A stretch of DNA of 64,000 nt from Takakia lepidozioides (GCA_030704615.1 CM060733.1:34782001-34846000), one strand, 5' to 3'; shown: positions 38,803 through 52,689, numbered from the stretch's first letter. Numbers and translations: made by a program. Notes: a model not told the origin generated them from the sequence alone.

Positions 38803-40136
38803 GGGCTAGGCCGCAGCTGCCCGGTTAAGGAGCCGAAGAGGTTAGTAACGGGGCATTTTGGATCGGCGGGTTTACAGGAAACGGTAGTGCGTTGACCCCC
38901 AACCTCCTTTAACCTGACGCCGCACCTGCAGGCTATAGAAACGGTACGAAAAAGATTTCATCACTTGTGCGTTCATCCATCGCGCACACTTTTTCTTGGG
39001 AACGCATAATAGAACCATTCGTGCACATGAGGGGAACGTACAGGATGGCACTGCAGACTGTTAGGGAATTGTCAGACTATCAGGATGTCAGGGAATTGTC
39101 AGGATGGCATTTGTCAGACTGTTAGGGAACCTGCAAACGACCATAAGGGCAAAATCACTCCTTGAGACCTCTTGTTGCCTTCCTCAAGACGGCGCGGCAA
39201 CTCAGGGCAACACTCCACAGCCATGGCAACTCAGGGCAACCTGAAGCCTACTCTTTCGGCAACAATTATTAACAACGGCTCCACATCATATAGCCAAAAT
39301 CTGCACATATATACGTTACAGGTCTAGGATTCACCTCCCCATCTTCTCAGTCTAGTAGAGGTCAGCGAACAACTAATTCTCACCTAGAAAGAAAGCAATG
39401 CGCAAGGACCCTGGAGAGACAGGGGAATCGGAAGAAAGAAGAGAGGCATTACTTGGGTTTGATGTTGCTACCATCCTCGCATCACACCCTACTCATCATG
39501 CAAAACAATTTTCAGGAACCAGTGGATGATGATGCTATCAAACTGGACCATTACTCAGGAAACACTACGATCTATGACTGCGTATTCCATTGTGGGTTAG
39601 GCTTGAAGCCTGGCTATCTGTGGAGAGGGCCCTAGGTTGAAGCTTGATTGGCAGACATCAGGAGACAATGACACCTTTTGCTGAAGCTAAAAACTTATCA
39701 AGAGTCAAGGGAAAGAGGTACCAAAAGAGGAGAAAAAAAACACAAATGTGATTGCCATCGAGTAGATAAAGCCCTACAGGCACACGTTGGTAAATGTTTG
39801 GAGCTCGCCACCGTTCTCCACCGCCGTGTCTCTAGATGCTAGAGAAATTTTTTGAACAAGAGTTCATGGGGAACAAGGGCTTGAGGGGAACAAACGAATG
39901 TCAAGCGAGTGTCAGGAATGGAAAACGCCGATATCCGTCGAAGGTTCTCCCAAACGGACCTCTAAACGTACAGTAATTACCCCCCCCCCGTTACCCCCTA
40001 TCGCCTCCGGTTAAGCATGCCGGACAGACCCCGATAGGGTTCGTAACCACTCCGCTATGTGCGGCCCTAGTTAAGGAAAATCTGGGGGGTAGTACACCAT
40101 ATTTGCTCCTTAAACCCGGCAGGTGCGGCCTGGCCT
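38803..40136. mobile_element. Non-autonomous PIF/Harbinger-like TIR element
   Basis: Imperfect TIRs GGGCTAGGCCGCAGCTGCCCGGTTAAGGAGC / GCTCCTTAAACCCGGCAGGTGCGGCCTGGCCT, flanked by TAA (38800-38802) and TAA (40137-40139). Short internal repeats at ~39050-39130. Confidence 0.75.
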
Positions 40137-40589
40137 TAAGGCTTGTAGAGATACTTAAGTCTTCGAAGCAGGTCAAGCAATGAGCAAAGAAGGGCTCTGG
40201 GAGGAGTTCTTCACAGAACCTTTGCACTAGTTGTGGGAAAACGGGGTTGATAAGTCGAGGCTACGGTCATTTAGGACATGAATGAAAGCACTCATTGAAG
40301 CTGGCATGATGCTATTTTGTGGACTGAATTGTAGCCCTAGTTGATCAAATATGATACATAGTTGCTCTTTGATGAAATCATGTAAGACTTTATTTACAAT
40401 ATGTACAATGGGTGAACGTACATAGGATGAGAAGTTCCCCAAAAAAGGGGGGAGGAACAAGAAACAAGAGAAGAAAACAAAAAGCTATAGTAAGCTACTT
40501 AGCTAGAGAAGAAAATAAAAACTATAGTAAGCTACTCAACCAGCAACGGTGTCGTAGCCAGCTTAGGGCATGACAAGGACGTCGCTTGG

Positions 40590-40803
40590 CACTACAGGAA
40601 AAGGGGGGGGGTTTTCGACGCCGCGTAAAACAGCCCTTTTCGGGGACGGGGGAAGAACCAAATTTGCGACGTCTGGGTGAGATGCAACATATCCGGCAAC
40701 TAGAAAAGTCGCAAGCTCGTCGCAAGGGTGTCGCCAAAAAAATATCGCAAATTTGCGATCAATCCTAGCGACGCTTTTGTGAAGTTGAGGGCCGCAAGGA
40801 ATC

Positions 40804-40843
<40 letters not shown>

Positions 40844-41010
40844 TATTGTGGTGATGCTGTTGCGACGCCCTGACGTCGCAGAGGTGCTGGGGCACCCTCA
40901 GTGACGCTTTTGCGACGCCGATGCGTCACAACGTCCAAAAAATTTATTTATTTATTTATTTGGATTTGCGATGCCGGGGGTCGCAAGGAAAAAAAACTCG
41001 TCGCAGCGAA
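40590..41010. mobile_element. Truncated end of a non-autonomous CACTA element
   Basis: Starts CACTACAG and has many GCGACG/CGTCGC subterminal repeats. Inverted similarity to ~50690-50871. Confidence 0.7.
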
Positions 41011-42074
41011 GCTATAATAAGCTACTCAAGCAGAGCAACCCTCCCAGCCACAGCCTGGAGTAGATCAGGCAAGGAGATAGACAAAGTGTCAGGCATAGGC
41101 GGAAGATGAGATGACGCGGAGCTAGCCACATCAGCCCGATGCAAAATAGATATGGCTTGTGCTCTCTGCAAAGCAACCGAAACACGTTGTCGATAGTAGG
41201 CGACAAGGACGGAGGCATGTGGGATGCCAGTGGACCCGCTCTTGGCTGCATGATGTGCACATGTCCGCAGGAAATCGTCGAAGTGCCGGTGCAATGAGCC
41301 AAATATCTCGACCGCCAGCGGAAAAAATCTGTCGGTGGGGTGACGATCGCTGTAGTTGCGCTCCTTGGCCCGAGTTGCTACAGTGGCTGCCGTGCCTGGT
41401 GTAGTAGCTGCGCGAGATAGCAGATCCACTCGAGTGGGGTCGGCGAGAACGACATCCACTAGGGTACGCAAACCATCTCTAGATAGGACGATGTCAACAC
41501 GGCGGCGTGTAGAGTGGGACGTGAGCGTGGGTCGTGGATGTGGTTGCTCACGTAGTACATGATATCATGTTTCCCGAGCAATAGATGTCATCGCATCACG
41601 AACCATATCATGAGACGCAGTGCGCTCACCACCACATGGACAGCGGAGGAGATGGATGGATGGGCTAATGACAGACGCAGCGTTGAAGGCCTAATGCCGA
41701 AGGATGAGGCAAACCGAGTCGAAGGTGGAGCGCAGTAGTGAAAATAGGGGATAAAAGGCGAAAAGTTGCGATAGTGGGTCGTGCTGCCAACCATGCCCCT
41801 GCTCCAGGTCCTACGCATGATAGAAGTCAGGCTTGATGCAACTTAGAAGAAGCACTTGAGAGCATGCCGGAAAAAGAATGACGGTGCACGCGTTCGGACA
41901 TGGACTCCTGAAGATGGTCGCAGCCTTAAGTAACCAACTGCTCAAATGGTGGTAGACATGCTCGTGCCGGTGCCGGAAGAAGATCTCGTGTAGAGCGGAG
42001 ATATTGCTGGAAGGGTAAAATGTCACTGTCGACATGTACAACGACGTCCATAAAGATGGGACGATGGTCACAGA
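41010..42074 (-). mobile_element. 3' part of a CRE-like non-LTR retrotransposon with restriction-like endonuclease, degenerate
   Basis: Zn-knuckle remnant (H..RC.HGGERTASHDMVRD), then RRVDIV...LVDVV.ADP...AKERNY...FFPLAVEIFG...RQRVSVALQRAQA, a PD-(D/E)xK RLE pattern of CRE-clade elements. Confidence 0.7.
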
Positions 42075-42560
42075 CACTACAGATTTTTAAAAAAAAAAAA
42101 AAAAATTCGAAGTCGGGGACACGCCGCGACGTCGTAAAACAACATTTTTTCGGGAAGGGGGGAATAACCAAATCGATGCCCGTCGCAAGGGCGTTGCTAA
42201 AAAAACGTCACAAATTTGCGACCAATGAGGTCGCAAAAAGGCGAAACTGTGATTTGCGATGCCCGGGTGTCAAAAAAAAAAAAAACCTACTCTGCAATGT
42301 TGAATTAGCACCGTCCGGGGTCGCAAAGTGCGACGCCCGGACGTCGCAATTTAAGGGGGTACATTTGAATTTAGGCGAGAAAAACACTTGTTGACCATTG
42401 ACTCCTGCGTTGATTAACTCCGGTTCTGTCTAATGGCAATATGTTCATTGTTCTACATATATCATGCAATGCATATTTGAACCTAAGACCTCCACGTTAT
42501 AACATTTCTAAGACACTATAGATTAACCAACACACAGGTCTACGCTACATGGGATTTAGT
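42075..42560. mobile_element. Second truncated end of the same CACTA family
   Basis: Starts CACTACAG. ~42270-42550 is an inverted match to ~50350-50640 (e.g. TTAAGGGGGTACATTTGAATTTAGGCG). Confidence 0.7.
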
Positions 42561-42709
42561 TTTATTTTCTTTAAAGGAAATCAGTGAAAACAAATTTAAA
42601 AAAATCAATGAATTCCAATAAGAAGAGCTAATAGAAACGAGGTAAGTACTAAAAAGTAACGTTCTGTCCCTCTTTAATTGTTTTTAAAAAAAAAACGTTC
42701 CAATATTAT

Positions 42710-42958
42710 TATTATTATTATTATTTATTTTTAAAAATAAATAAAAGGGAAACACCTGGGAGCGACAGCTCACCAATCAGGCCCCTTGATAGAGAGAGGA
42801 GAAAATAACCTCTCAGTAACCTCGCCGTAAGGCTTTCAGATGCTACACCGCGCAGGGAAGGGGGAGCATAGCGTTCCACACCCGTCAAGTAGCAGGATTT
42901 GACCCCAGGGTCATCCAGATGGCACTGAGTGCACTTTACCAACTGAGTGACTGTTGGT
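42710..42958 (-). mobile_element. tRNA-derived SINE-like element
   Basis: Minus strand has A-box-like TCACTCAGTTGG, B-box-like GGGTCAAATCC and a (TAA)n tail. Flanked by direct repeat AATATTAT at 42702-42709 and 42959-42966. Confidence 0.65.
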
Positions 42959-43138
42959 AATATTATAAGAATGATACTATTATTGTTAAAATCTTTACAT
43001 AGAAGTAAAGTTCAATCTAATATTGTGAGCCGTCAGTACTAAGCAGAAAAGTGAAGTAAAAGTAGTTTTGAAAGGCGAATCTAATTGGAGATTGCTTTTA
43101 TGAGCCGGGGGAGAGGGAGAGGAGCACACTATAAAGCT

Positions 43139-43638
43139 NNNNNNNNNNNNNNNNNNNNNNNNNNNNNNNNNNNNNNNNNNNNNNNNNNNNNNNNNNNNNN
43201 NNNNNNNNNNNNNNNNNNNNNNNNNNNNNNNNNNNNNNNNNNNNNNNNNNNNNNNNNNNNNNNNNNNNNNNNNNNNNNNNNNNNNNNNNNNNNNNNNNNN
43301 NNNNNNNNNNNNNNNNNNNNNNNNNNNNNNNNNNNNNNNNNNNNNNNNNNNNNNNNNNNNNNNNNNNNNNNNNNNNNNNNNNNNNNNNNNNNNNNNNNNN
43401 NNNNNNNNNNNNNNNNNNNNNNNNNNNNNNNNNNNNNNNNNNNNNNNNNNNNNNNNNNNNNNNNNNNNNNNNNNNNNNNNNNNNNNNNNNNNNNNNNNNN
43501 NNNNNNNNNNNNNNNNNNNNNNNNNNNNNNNNNNNNNNNNNNNNNNNNNNNNNNNNNNNNNNNNNNNNNNNNNNNNNNNNNNNNNNNNNNNNNNNNNNNN
43601 NNNNNNNNNNNNNNNNNNNNNNNNNNNNNNNNNNNNNN
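43139..43638. other. Assembly gap, 500 N
   Basis: Run of N. Confidence 1.
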
Positions 43639-43694
43639 TGATGTACGATTGTAGTTTTCAGATACAATCAACAGCAGAAAAACAACTAGGCTGC

Positions 43695-45905
43695 TTACAG
43701 AGTATAGACTCTGGGAGGCGTGTCAGAAGTACAAGCTATCCAATCATACGGAGGTTGGCGAGCAAGGATCCCAGTCCAATCGGTCAGATTGAAGGCTATC
43801 TTGACAATGTCAATCACGTTTTCTGCAAGATCCATCCACACGCATGTTCCGATGAGTAGGAGCCATGAAATGTTAATCCCCAACCCTCGAGATCCAAAGA
43901 TGTACAAGGAACGTTCCAGAACCGACAAAAAGACATCAACCCGCTAAAGATAATCAAGCTTCCTCAATCCTTATCACATCTTCATTTTCATTTGAATCAC
44001 CGTTTGCTTGGGTTTCCAGCCGAATTAAACCGCTGCACAGAACTTTCGACGATCACTTACCATCTGCATAGTATGTCCTCGGAGAAACAGATTGAGAAAT
44101 CTCATAAATTTCGGCGGCATTCAGAATGGGACCCAGAGTCGAGTTAGAATCTGGAACGAAGCTGAAATACGACTGGTCATTCATGGGCTGTGGGGTGAGT
44201 GAGATGATGATATGAGAGTTGTGAATAGCTTCGACACTATCAGAAACAGTGTATGCATTGATACAGTACCGTATAATGCGTCATTCGTCAGTATGTGAGT
44301 ACAGAAGTCAAAGTAACGTGACTCGTTGCTTGACAACTGTTGTATCTCAGCAAAGTAGAAAGGATATTGTAGAAAGAGTTTGCTTGATAATTTGAATCCG
44401 GAAAGCTGAAATTGAAACTTTTGTCCCGAGAACAGGTTATGGCAGTTTGCATGACGGTCGTGGGTGGATTTTGAAGAAGATCAGCTACATTCACTACATG
44501 GGATGTGCTGAGAAATTCATAATTGGACCCTGTGCGCCCCGAACCACGCCACTTGCGATCGTAAAGGTCGTCAGGGTACCTGGTGACATGCAGTACAAAC
44601 GAGGCATAAGGTCCATGAACAAGAGACTCGGGACTGAATTTCAAAAACTGTGGTTGAGCCATTTGTGCCTTGGACATCTTATATGAATCCAAATAGAAAT
44701 ATGTGCGAATTTCTGCCTTTCCTAGGTACACTGATCCTGCAGAAGTGGTGCACGCTACCTAATTTCCTGAAGTCCTATCCATGGACCGCATTCTAGCCCC
44801 ATTATAGCCTTGGAGACCCCTCGCGACAGTCTCTCTAACTAGGCCTACAAGTTGCGGATATTCATTTGCAATTCTAACCAGAGGAAAATGAGGATGCCCT
44901 ACCTTCTACCTTGTTTCATGAGGTTAAGAAAATACTGACCTTACAACTGTGTTTGCATCAGCTCCGAGGTCCACTCTACCGTGGCCATACAAGTAGACTG
45001 ATCCGGGAGATGTACCTTCGAACAAGTAGCTACTGTTCATTGCAAATATAGGGCGCAACTCCAGGGAAGAAATGAAAGGGGTCTCTGACGGTGATATGCG
45101 GGAGACAGACGAAAATGCTGTTGTTGTGGCAAGAATAATTGTTTCGAGTTCCACCCAGTCACCGCTCTTGTTGAAGGTCAATGTGCTCCTCCTGCTCGCC
45201 TCTATGTCAAGGTAAAAGGTGGGAGGTGGGAGGCCGTCGTATGAACCATATGAGAATGTTGCACGAATCAAGTAAGTGTTGTCTGCCTGTACAGGCTGCA
45301 AAAATATAGCAGTCCTTCCCCCGCGACTCGGGGAAGTATCGAAGAGTCTGAAGAGTGGTGTCATTACTGCCCATAACGTTTTTCCAATTTTTCCCGGTTG
45401 CAATGTAGCCATCATCAGGGACCCAGGAGATGTTAGTCACAGGATCGACATATGCTTGACTGGCTCCACAGTCGATGCTGATAAACTCTGAAATTCAGCC
45501 CACAATCGCACGCCCATTTTACTACTCCTTTTGATTTCCACGAGGGCCTGATCAGTGGTCACATCATGCAGTGATCATACCAGATGAACTGCTTGAATTG
45601 CTTCCACGGACCAAAAAGCCCAATAATCCGCCAAATCTGTTTGCCTCTGAGGCTCAATATCAGCAATTACAGATCATAGTCCAATTCTCACTAATTGATG
45701 ACACTTGAGTGCTGTATTACATTTCTAGAACTTTCTGGAGTCTAGCTCAGTTTTAGGAAAGCGGGATGAAGAACAAACCCTTGTTGGGCCCATGTCCGTG
45801 ACACGCCAAGGCCTAGCAATGCAATCATCAATCCCACTCCCACTGTGATCAGGGACAGCGGAACCCGCATGCTTCTGCGGAGTTGAAACCTTGCCCCCGC
45901 CTCCA
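43695..45905 (-). pseudogene. Malectin-like domain LRR receptor kinase (LRR-I type), 5' part, frameshifted
   Basis: Signal-peptide exon (..VGLMIALLGLGVSRTWAQQG). Then FISIDCG..ISWVPD..TLRYFP, YLIRATFSYGSYDG, PFISSLELRP, YPDDLYDRKW, PPTTVMQTA, LGPILNAAEIYE and WTG(DPC)..YDWIAC. Frameshifts near 45305, 44365 and 43765. Runs into the gap. Confidence 0.85.
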
Positions 45906-48900
45906 TCTTCATATCTCGACTTCCTTTACAAGCCCACTTCCCGTGCCAAGGTCAAAAGACCCCGAGATCACTAGCAGACGAAGAAAACATTGAATCCATA
46001 ACACCATGACATAACTCACACCAAGGCTGAAGGAAGCCATGGATACACACCCACCTACTGCATGCTCACGTAAGACACGAGACCTTCGAAAGGAAAAGTA
46101 GCGCGAAAAGTTCAGTTACGCTGGCTTTGGTCAAAGTCTTCTGTGGCTAGTGCTACTTCTACTAAAGGCCCCGCCCACTGGTATGCTAGTGCTAGCCAGA
46201 AAGTTTCTCGGCTGCACTGCCCTGCTCCAGATATTTTAGCTCTAACTACTGCTATCTACACTAAGGATCTCCGTCATAGTTTAGGGCGAAATTTAGCAGT
46301 ACCCCCACCCTAGCACTATATATAAGAGGGAATGGTATTTCACTCCTTCAAAAAGGGTAGAGGATCGGTTCCCCCCTTCACTGACTACCGGGTGTGGCCT
46401 CATGGTGTCCCAGGGGTTTTATTTTTTTCCCCACAATTAAAAAAAATTCCAGGGCCTCAGTCCCTTCCAAAGGCCTTTCCAGGCTTTCCAGGCCTCTGTC
46501 CCCTGTCCTGTGTCCCCTGGAAGGTACCCTTTGGAATTGTGAATGGAATCCCTTAAATGTGTTGGGCTAGCAACCTGTGTTGCTATGAGTGTGGTTGAAA
46601 TATTCAAGTATAGGGCAATGAGGCCCTTCCGCCCATTTTCAAACACATGAACCGAGGCTCACGCACGCAAGGGCGGCAGCCAGAATTCATGTGTTCCAAA
46701 GCCGTGGAAGGACCGAGTCAGCTGCCCCTCACCAGCATAAAAACCAACCTGCCCTCCTCATTGCCCCACCCTCCAGAAAAATTGTCACCTTACTCATTCC
46801 ATAAGGCCCTAGAAGTCTTACGCCTCACGTAAGGTACGTCCTCCTCCTGTAGGATGAAGACTTCATGTCTGAAAAGGTAACGGATGTAACAAAGGAAGGT
46901 TTAGGGTACTCAATAATTATGTGTGAGGCCTTTTCCTTTTTGTTGACTTTGTAGTGCTGTGCGGTCCCAGCACAAAAATACTTATCCAGAAAACGAAAAT
47001 AGTGACCACTCAAGATCTAATCCCTGCTGACAAATTTGCATGAGAATCAGAAACATCCACGTGGATGTTGAGGGGTTGTTTGGTCAACTTTACTACACAT
47101 AGAGTTTTTCACTACTTTTCACTACTTACTACCTACTTTTTTTTTTCTTCTTTTTTTCTTTTTTTTTTTACTTTGACTTGGCATCGTAAAGAACCGTGAT
47201 ATTTTCTTAGTTCATTTTAGGTCAATAGGGCAGAAGATTTCACTATACCTTTCCATCCTCCGTAATACCTTGCACGCTGGCAAAATACCTTACGGGGCTC
47301 TGAAGGTACTCAAAATATCATGGTTCTTTACGCCGGAGAAGGGCCCTCAAGAGAGACCCATCTCCTATACAAATCGCCCCCACCCAAATTTCACATTAGG
47401 TTTAGGCAGCATTTTTTTTTTCCCCCTTTTTTTTTTTTGTTTTTGTTGGGAACACAGCGAGGAAGCCCTTTTTGAGCCTTATTGATGATTATGGAAGGGC
47501 ATTTTGTTCTTATTTTTCAAAAGTAGCGCAAGCGGCCAACCTGCGTATTCTACCCAGGGCCAGGTCACGAAAAATAACGTTGGCATACCTGCCCTGGCCA
47601 ATAGGTAGGTGGCAACAACTTTTGTGGCACCTCTAAATAAGGTGTGACAACGACATAGGTCCCTACCGATGCCAATAAGTAAGTTGATTTTGAGGGACAT
47701 GGTCATAGGCCTTCCTACCTTTAACCATGCCGAATAGATCGAAGGTCAAAATAATTTCAAAGGATCTAAAAATCTACAGAGAATATTTGATGAACGTGGG
47801 ATGACGAGATGGGCATTTGATAACACCTCCGCATACTATTTGCCCATTAAATCAACCATCGATAAATCATCTACACCCCACTAGTGGTTGAGTTAGCAGG
47901 GGTTATCGATGATGTGTGAGAGGCTTTTACATGGGGACTCCTGATTTCAATCCACCGGAGTGTCAGATGCTAGAGTTGACCTTACAGTGTTTCCGTCCAT
48001 TGTAAATCAAACAAACATCTTGGCGGCACCTGGTCGTGAACCCACATACCACTGAATTTTCACTGTATTTGCACATTATTCTCTATGGGCTGCTTTTTAG
48101 GGCATATGTAGGGGGGGTCAAATTTGAACCTTTTGAAACTGGCAGGATGTAAAATTACAAAAAAACATGTGCCTACAAATTTTACCATCAAAATGTCAAT
48201 CCCTCTGGTCCACCTTTTCCCGACACCCTTTTTTGCTGCCCCTCAATTTTTTTCATCCGAATTGAAAACAAAACTTTTTTGCAACCTGTGCACTATTTTC
48301 TATATAAGGCTCATTGCGCCTACTAAATTCTTCCTAGCCCTGGGTGAGTTGTCTATTGTTTGTCGGGAAGAACTTGGAGGATGTGACAATTCACCATGTG
48401 AAACTTTCACACCTAGTGTTTTCATCTCAATATTGGTTGTATGACTTTCAGTTTGTGAGGTTTGTGATTTCCAGAGGATACATATAAGGTTTGCATGATG
48501 AAATTCTTGAGCTATTTAAATAATGTTGATAATCAAATGTCTTTTTTTCTTTTTTCTTTGAGAGAAAGGGGATAGAGGCCCTTTTAATCAAATTAAAAGT
48601 ATAAAGGTTCACATTGGGTGGAAAAAATAACCACGAGGGAGGCCGTGAGGCACACTGTGGAGGAACATCCCCGAAACCGAAGCATACTAGCTACTACAGC
48701 AAGAGGAGATGTAAGAGGGCAGGTAGAGAGCAGTTGGAGAATGAAGAGAATACTATGAGCCTGAGCAAGAAATATTACTAGAAAAACAAGCATGAGGAGA
48801 GAAGCAAACTAGCAAAAAATTCTAGAAGCTTGAGTGAATCAAGACAGGGAGCATGGAGAAAAGTGGAGGAAAGAGACACTACTACACACTAAAATCTCAG

Positions 48901-49692
48901 CTGGGTCCCAAACTTGGTCACGCAGGGTTTTTTTTGTGCCTCCAATTAAAGTCTGCGTCGTTGCCTCACCAGGGGACATCCCAGCTATGGGAGTGGAGAC
49001 ATTCCAGCGGAACCGTATGTTGGGAAAACAAGTTCCGAGAGTGTCGTTTTGCCCCAGGATTGCTAAAAGTCATTGACGAGCTGTCTGCCCTGTTCTTCAA
49101 AAGATCTGGAAACAACTGCACACAATATGTCCCATCTTGCCTCTCCTCCCTCGTAAGCAGGTCATGGTATATACAAAAATAATTGACCTTCCCCTAGGGG
49201 GTTTCCCCTCATACATGAAACAACATCTAACCTTCAAAGGTTCCACAAGGTTAGAGTCCTGAGATTGTCTCACATTGGGCATGAGAAAGCAAGCGAGGAG
49301 AAGGAATTCAGCAACAGCAAAGAGGAAGGGGTGGGGGATGTCCCAATTGGAGTAGAAGCTGAACACAGCTTTCAACTCTGGCTGAAAAAGAGCATTCTGC
49401 CAGACAATGCTTCGATGGTCTTAGGCTTGTCAAGCATAAACTGCAAGTAGAGTTGTTGCACGAGGTCTTAGCATTGACTGGCAGGATCCTGTGAGCCAAT
49501 TTCCACAAAAAAAACCGGAGATCTTAGCTGCCCTACATGTTTTTTCCAGATGTCTTTCCAATCGAGTCCCAGTTAGCCGATGTCAGATTGAGGTAGTTCC
49601 ACTTTTCAGACCATCTAGATAGGAAGAAAGTGGTTGGCCTTAATATAGAGTAACCCAACCTAACCGAGTAAGCAAAGAAAGGGGAGTGGAGA

Positions 49693-50871
49693 CACTACAG
49701 CAAATGGGGGGGTTTGCGACGCCAGCCGCGCCCCACGCCCCGCATCGCTAAGCCCGCGACGCTTTTTTGCGACGCCCCCCCGCTGCGACACCATTACGAC
49801 GCCCAAGCCGTCGTAAGGTGGCATGAAGGGGGAAAGATGGCCCTCGTTGCGACGGATTTTTTTTCTTGCGACTCCCGGCGTCGGAAATTTAAAAAATAAA
49901 TAAAATAAACGTTGCGACGCCTCGGCGTCACAAAAGCGTCACTAAGGGCGCCCCAATGCCTCTGCGTCGCAACAACATCACCAGAGTGGAAGTTTTTTTT
50001 TTTTTTTTTTTTTTGGGCTTTGCGGCTCTTAACTTCACAAAAGCGTCGCTGGGGGCGCCCCGCGCTAGAACGCCCAACGTTGCGACGCCAGGGGGTCACA
50101 ACGGCATCGCCACAGGGGGTCACAATGGTGTTGTGGTCAGCTTAGGTCATCACAATGACGTCACTTTGGGCGCCTGACGGTGGGGGGGTACAACAACGGT
50201 GACGATGTTGGGGCTGGGATGGGGCTGGGCACTAAGGCTGTGAAGGTTGCAATTCCCCGGCGTCACAAGAGAGACCCCTTAGAAGGAACTTGAAGGAACT
50301 TGAAGGAAATCTTTATATGTATATATATATTTAGATTGCTTTTGTGATACATAGATGTAGCGTAGGTGTGTTGGTTAGTTTGTAATGTCTTAGAAATGTT
50401 ATAACGTGGAGGTCTTAGGTTCATGTATGCATTGCATAATATATGTAGAACAATGAACATATCGCCATTAGACAGAACCGGAGTCAATGGTCCACAAGTT
50501 TTAGAAATTCGAATTCCAAATTCAAATTTTCCCGCCTAAATTCAAATGTACCCCCTTAAATTGTGACGTCCGGCGTCGCACTTTGCAACCCCGGACGGTG
50601 CTGATTCTGCATTGCAGAGTAGGTTTTTTTTTTTTTAATCCTCCGACGTCCAGACGTCGGAAATCGCGTCGGCGTCACAAATCGCGGTTTCGCATATTTG
50701 CGACCCTCATTGCTCGCATATTTGCGACGTTTTTTTGGCGACGCCCGAATGTTGCAAATTTGGTTCTTCCCCCCCTGCTCGAAAAGGGCTGTTTTACGAC
50801 GCCGTGGCGTGGCTGCGGCGTCGAGAACACCCCCCCCCCCCCCCCTTTTTTTTTTTTTTTTTCTTATAGTG
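49693..50871. mobile_element. Complete non-autonomous CACTA element
   Basis: CACTA...TAGTG termini, perfect 3-bp TSD AGA on both sides, GCGACG-rich subterminal repeats, no transposase. Confidence 0.9.
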
Positions 50872-52689
50872 AGATCATCACTCCAACTCCATTCCCCCGG
50901 TCAAATTGCAGAGCAGCCATGGATAAGAAAGAAACCAAGAGAAGGTTGAGTGCAATTGCATTTTCTGCCCTAGCGGTGGGGCTGGGTTAGCCATCCCCTT
51001 CCCATCCAACACTCTGATCGGATAAATGAACTGTTTCTGATCTTGTAAGTAGGAGGCTGCCCTCACAATCTGCAACAGAAGCAATTCCCGAAGCCAAACT
51101 ATCATTCATTGAGAGCACCAGTAGGACCGTGTTACCGCCATTGCCTGTGGCAGCTGTCTAGCTGGGCAGGGACTAGCACGTCTGTTGCCCACAATTTGAG
51201 ACACTATACCTGCAGGAAGAAAACTGTCTTGCTCCCAAATATTGCTGCAAATGAATAATGCACCACAATGTTCCCAATAAGCCCACTTTGGTTTTTGAAG
51301 GGATAACCTTTCAGAGCTGAGTATATTGTTCCCAAAAAGGGTTGGCGGTAGGCCTCTGCAAAACAGACGGGTCTTCTTTGAACCAGTTTATCCCTGAGTG
51401 ACTGCCAGACTGCCCAAATAGATTGCCATGGGCGAGGTCCCAGGATCACTTTCGTATTCTTTCCTTGAACAATCCAATAGAGGGAGTGGGCCCACAGGCC
51501 GGGGGATGAGGAGGGCCCCATGAGATAAGGTTGGATTAGCTTACTCCACGGGCTGTGGCAGTAAACAATGGTTCTAGGAATCCACTTTGTCAAAAGTGCC
51601 TTGATTTGCGTTGTAGGATCCAAAATACCCAGGCCTCCTTTCTTTTTGGGCTGACATAGTTGCTCCCAAAGAAACAAGAGCTCGCACTAGAAGAAAAACG
51701 TGGAATAACCACTATGTTAACCACTTATTTTGAGTGGTAAAAGACACTAAACCACTCTGGCCCCAAGAACCAGTGGATTAGGACAAGTGAGTGGTAAAAG
51801 ACATTATGTGGCATCAGTGGTTGAGGACAGTGGTTCGAACCCACTCACGTCCGGGTCCACCTGTTCACTAACATGTCACAGTGGTAAATTAACCACTGTG
51901 ACGTGTAAACTCACCAATGTGACGTGTCAATGGCGTGTCATTGAGATAACCAACAACCACTTCTGACGTGTCACAGTGGTAAATTGACGTGTCATAGTGG
52001 TAAGTAACCACTTCCGTTTTCAAGTGGACACGTGGAAGTCAGTGGTCCGTGGATGATATTGGAGATTATGTTGACACGTGGCGACACTCTCAGCATGGAC
52101 ACGTGTCCTGTGTCGGTGCTAACGAAATGGATGGAGTGAAAAATTCAATGACTTCTGAAACCACTTGTTGAGTGATCGCGAAATGACTCACAGAGTCATT
52201 CTATGAAAACTGAGAATATACAATATTACTCAAACCGTGGTTATGTGAGTGGATGACGTCTCTCAGTAGGTCATTGGAATGATTACCCACATAGTGGTAT
52301 GTAAGCTATTTGAATCATCCATGGTGTCTCTCTCAGTGGGAACTATGGATTGGAATGATTACTAACAGAGCGGTGTGTAAGTGATTAGGAATACCATTGG
52401 ATGAATTCATACCACTAATACAGTAAAATATAGGTGATTACTTATACCACTACAAGAGTGGTAATGGAGGCAATTGTGTGTATTTGGCTACTCTTACAGT
52501 TTTAAATTATACCACTATTACAATGGCGTGCAAGTGATTATGAACATGACTAGAGGAACACATACCACTATTGTGGTGAAAGAAGTACCATTGGGGATTC
52601 AAGCTCCACAAAATAAAATAAAATCCCAGAGAGTAAGTGCTGGAACACTGTCAACAAAATCCAGCCATGATAAAAGTCTGAGCCTAACT

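Noticed and set aside
43085-43671. ORFs made of X residues
   Set aside because: Artefacts of the N gap.
46300-48500. Homopolymer-rich, repeat-looking region
   Set aside because: No TIR/TSD pair or coding motif could be established by eye.
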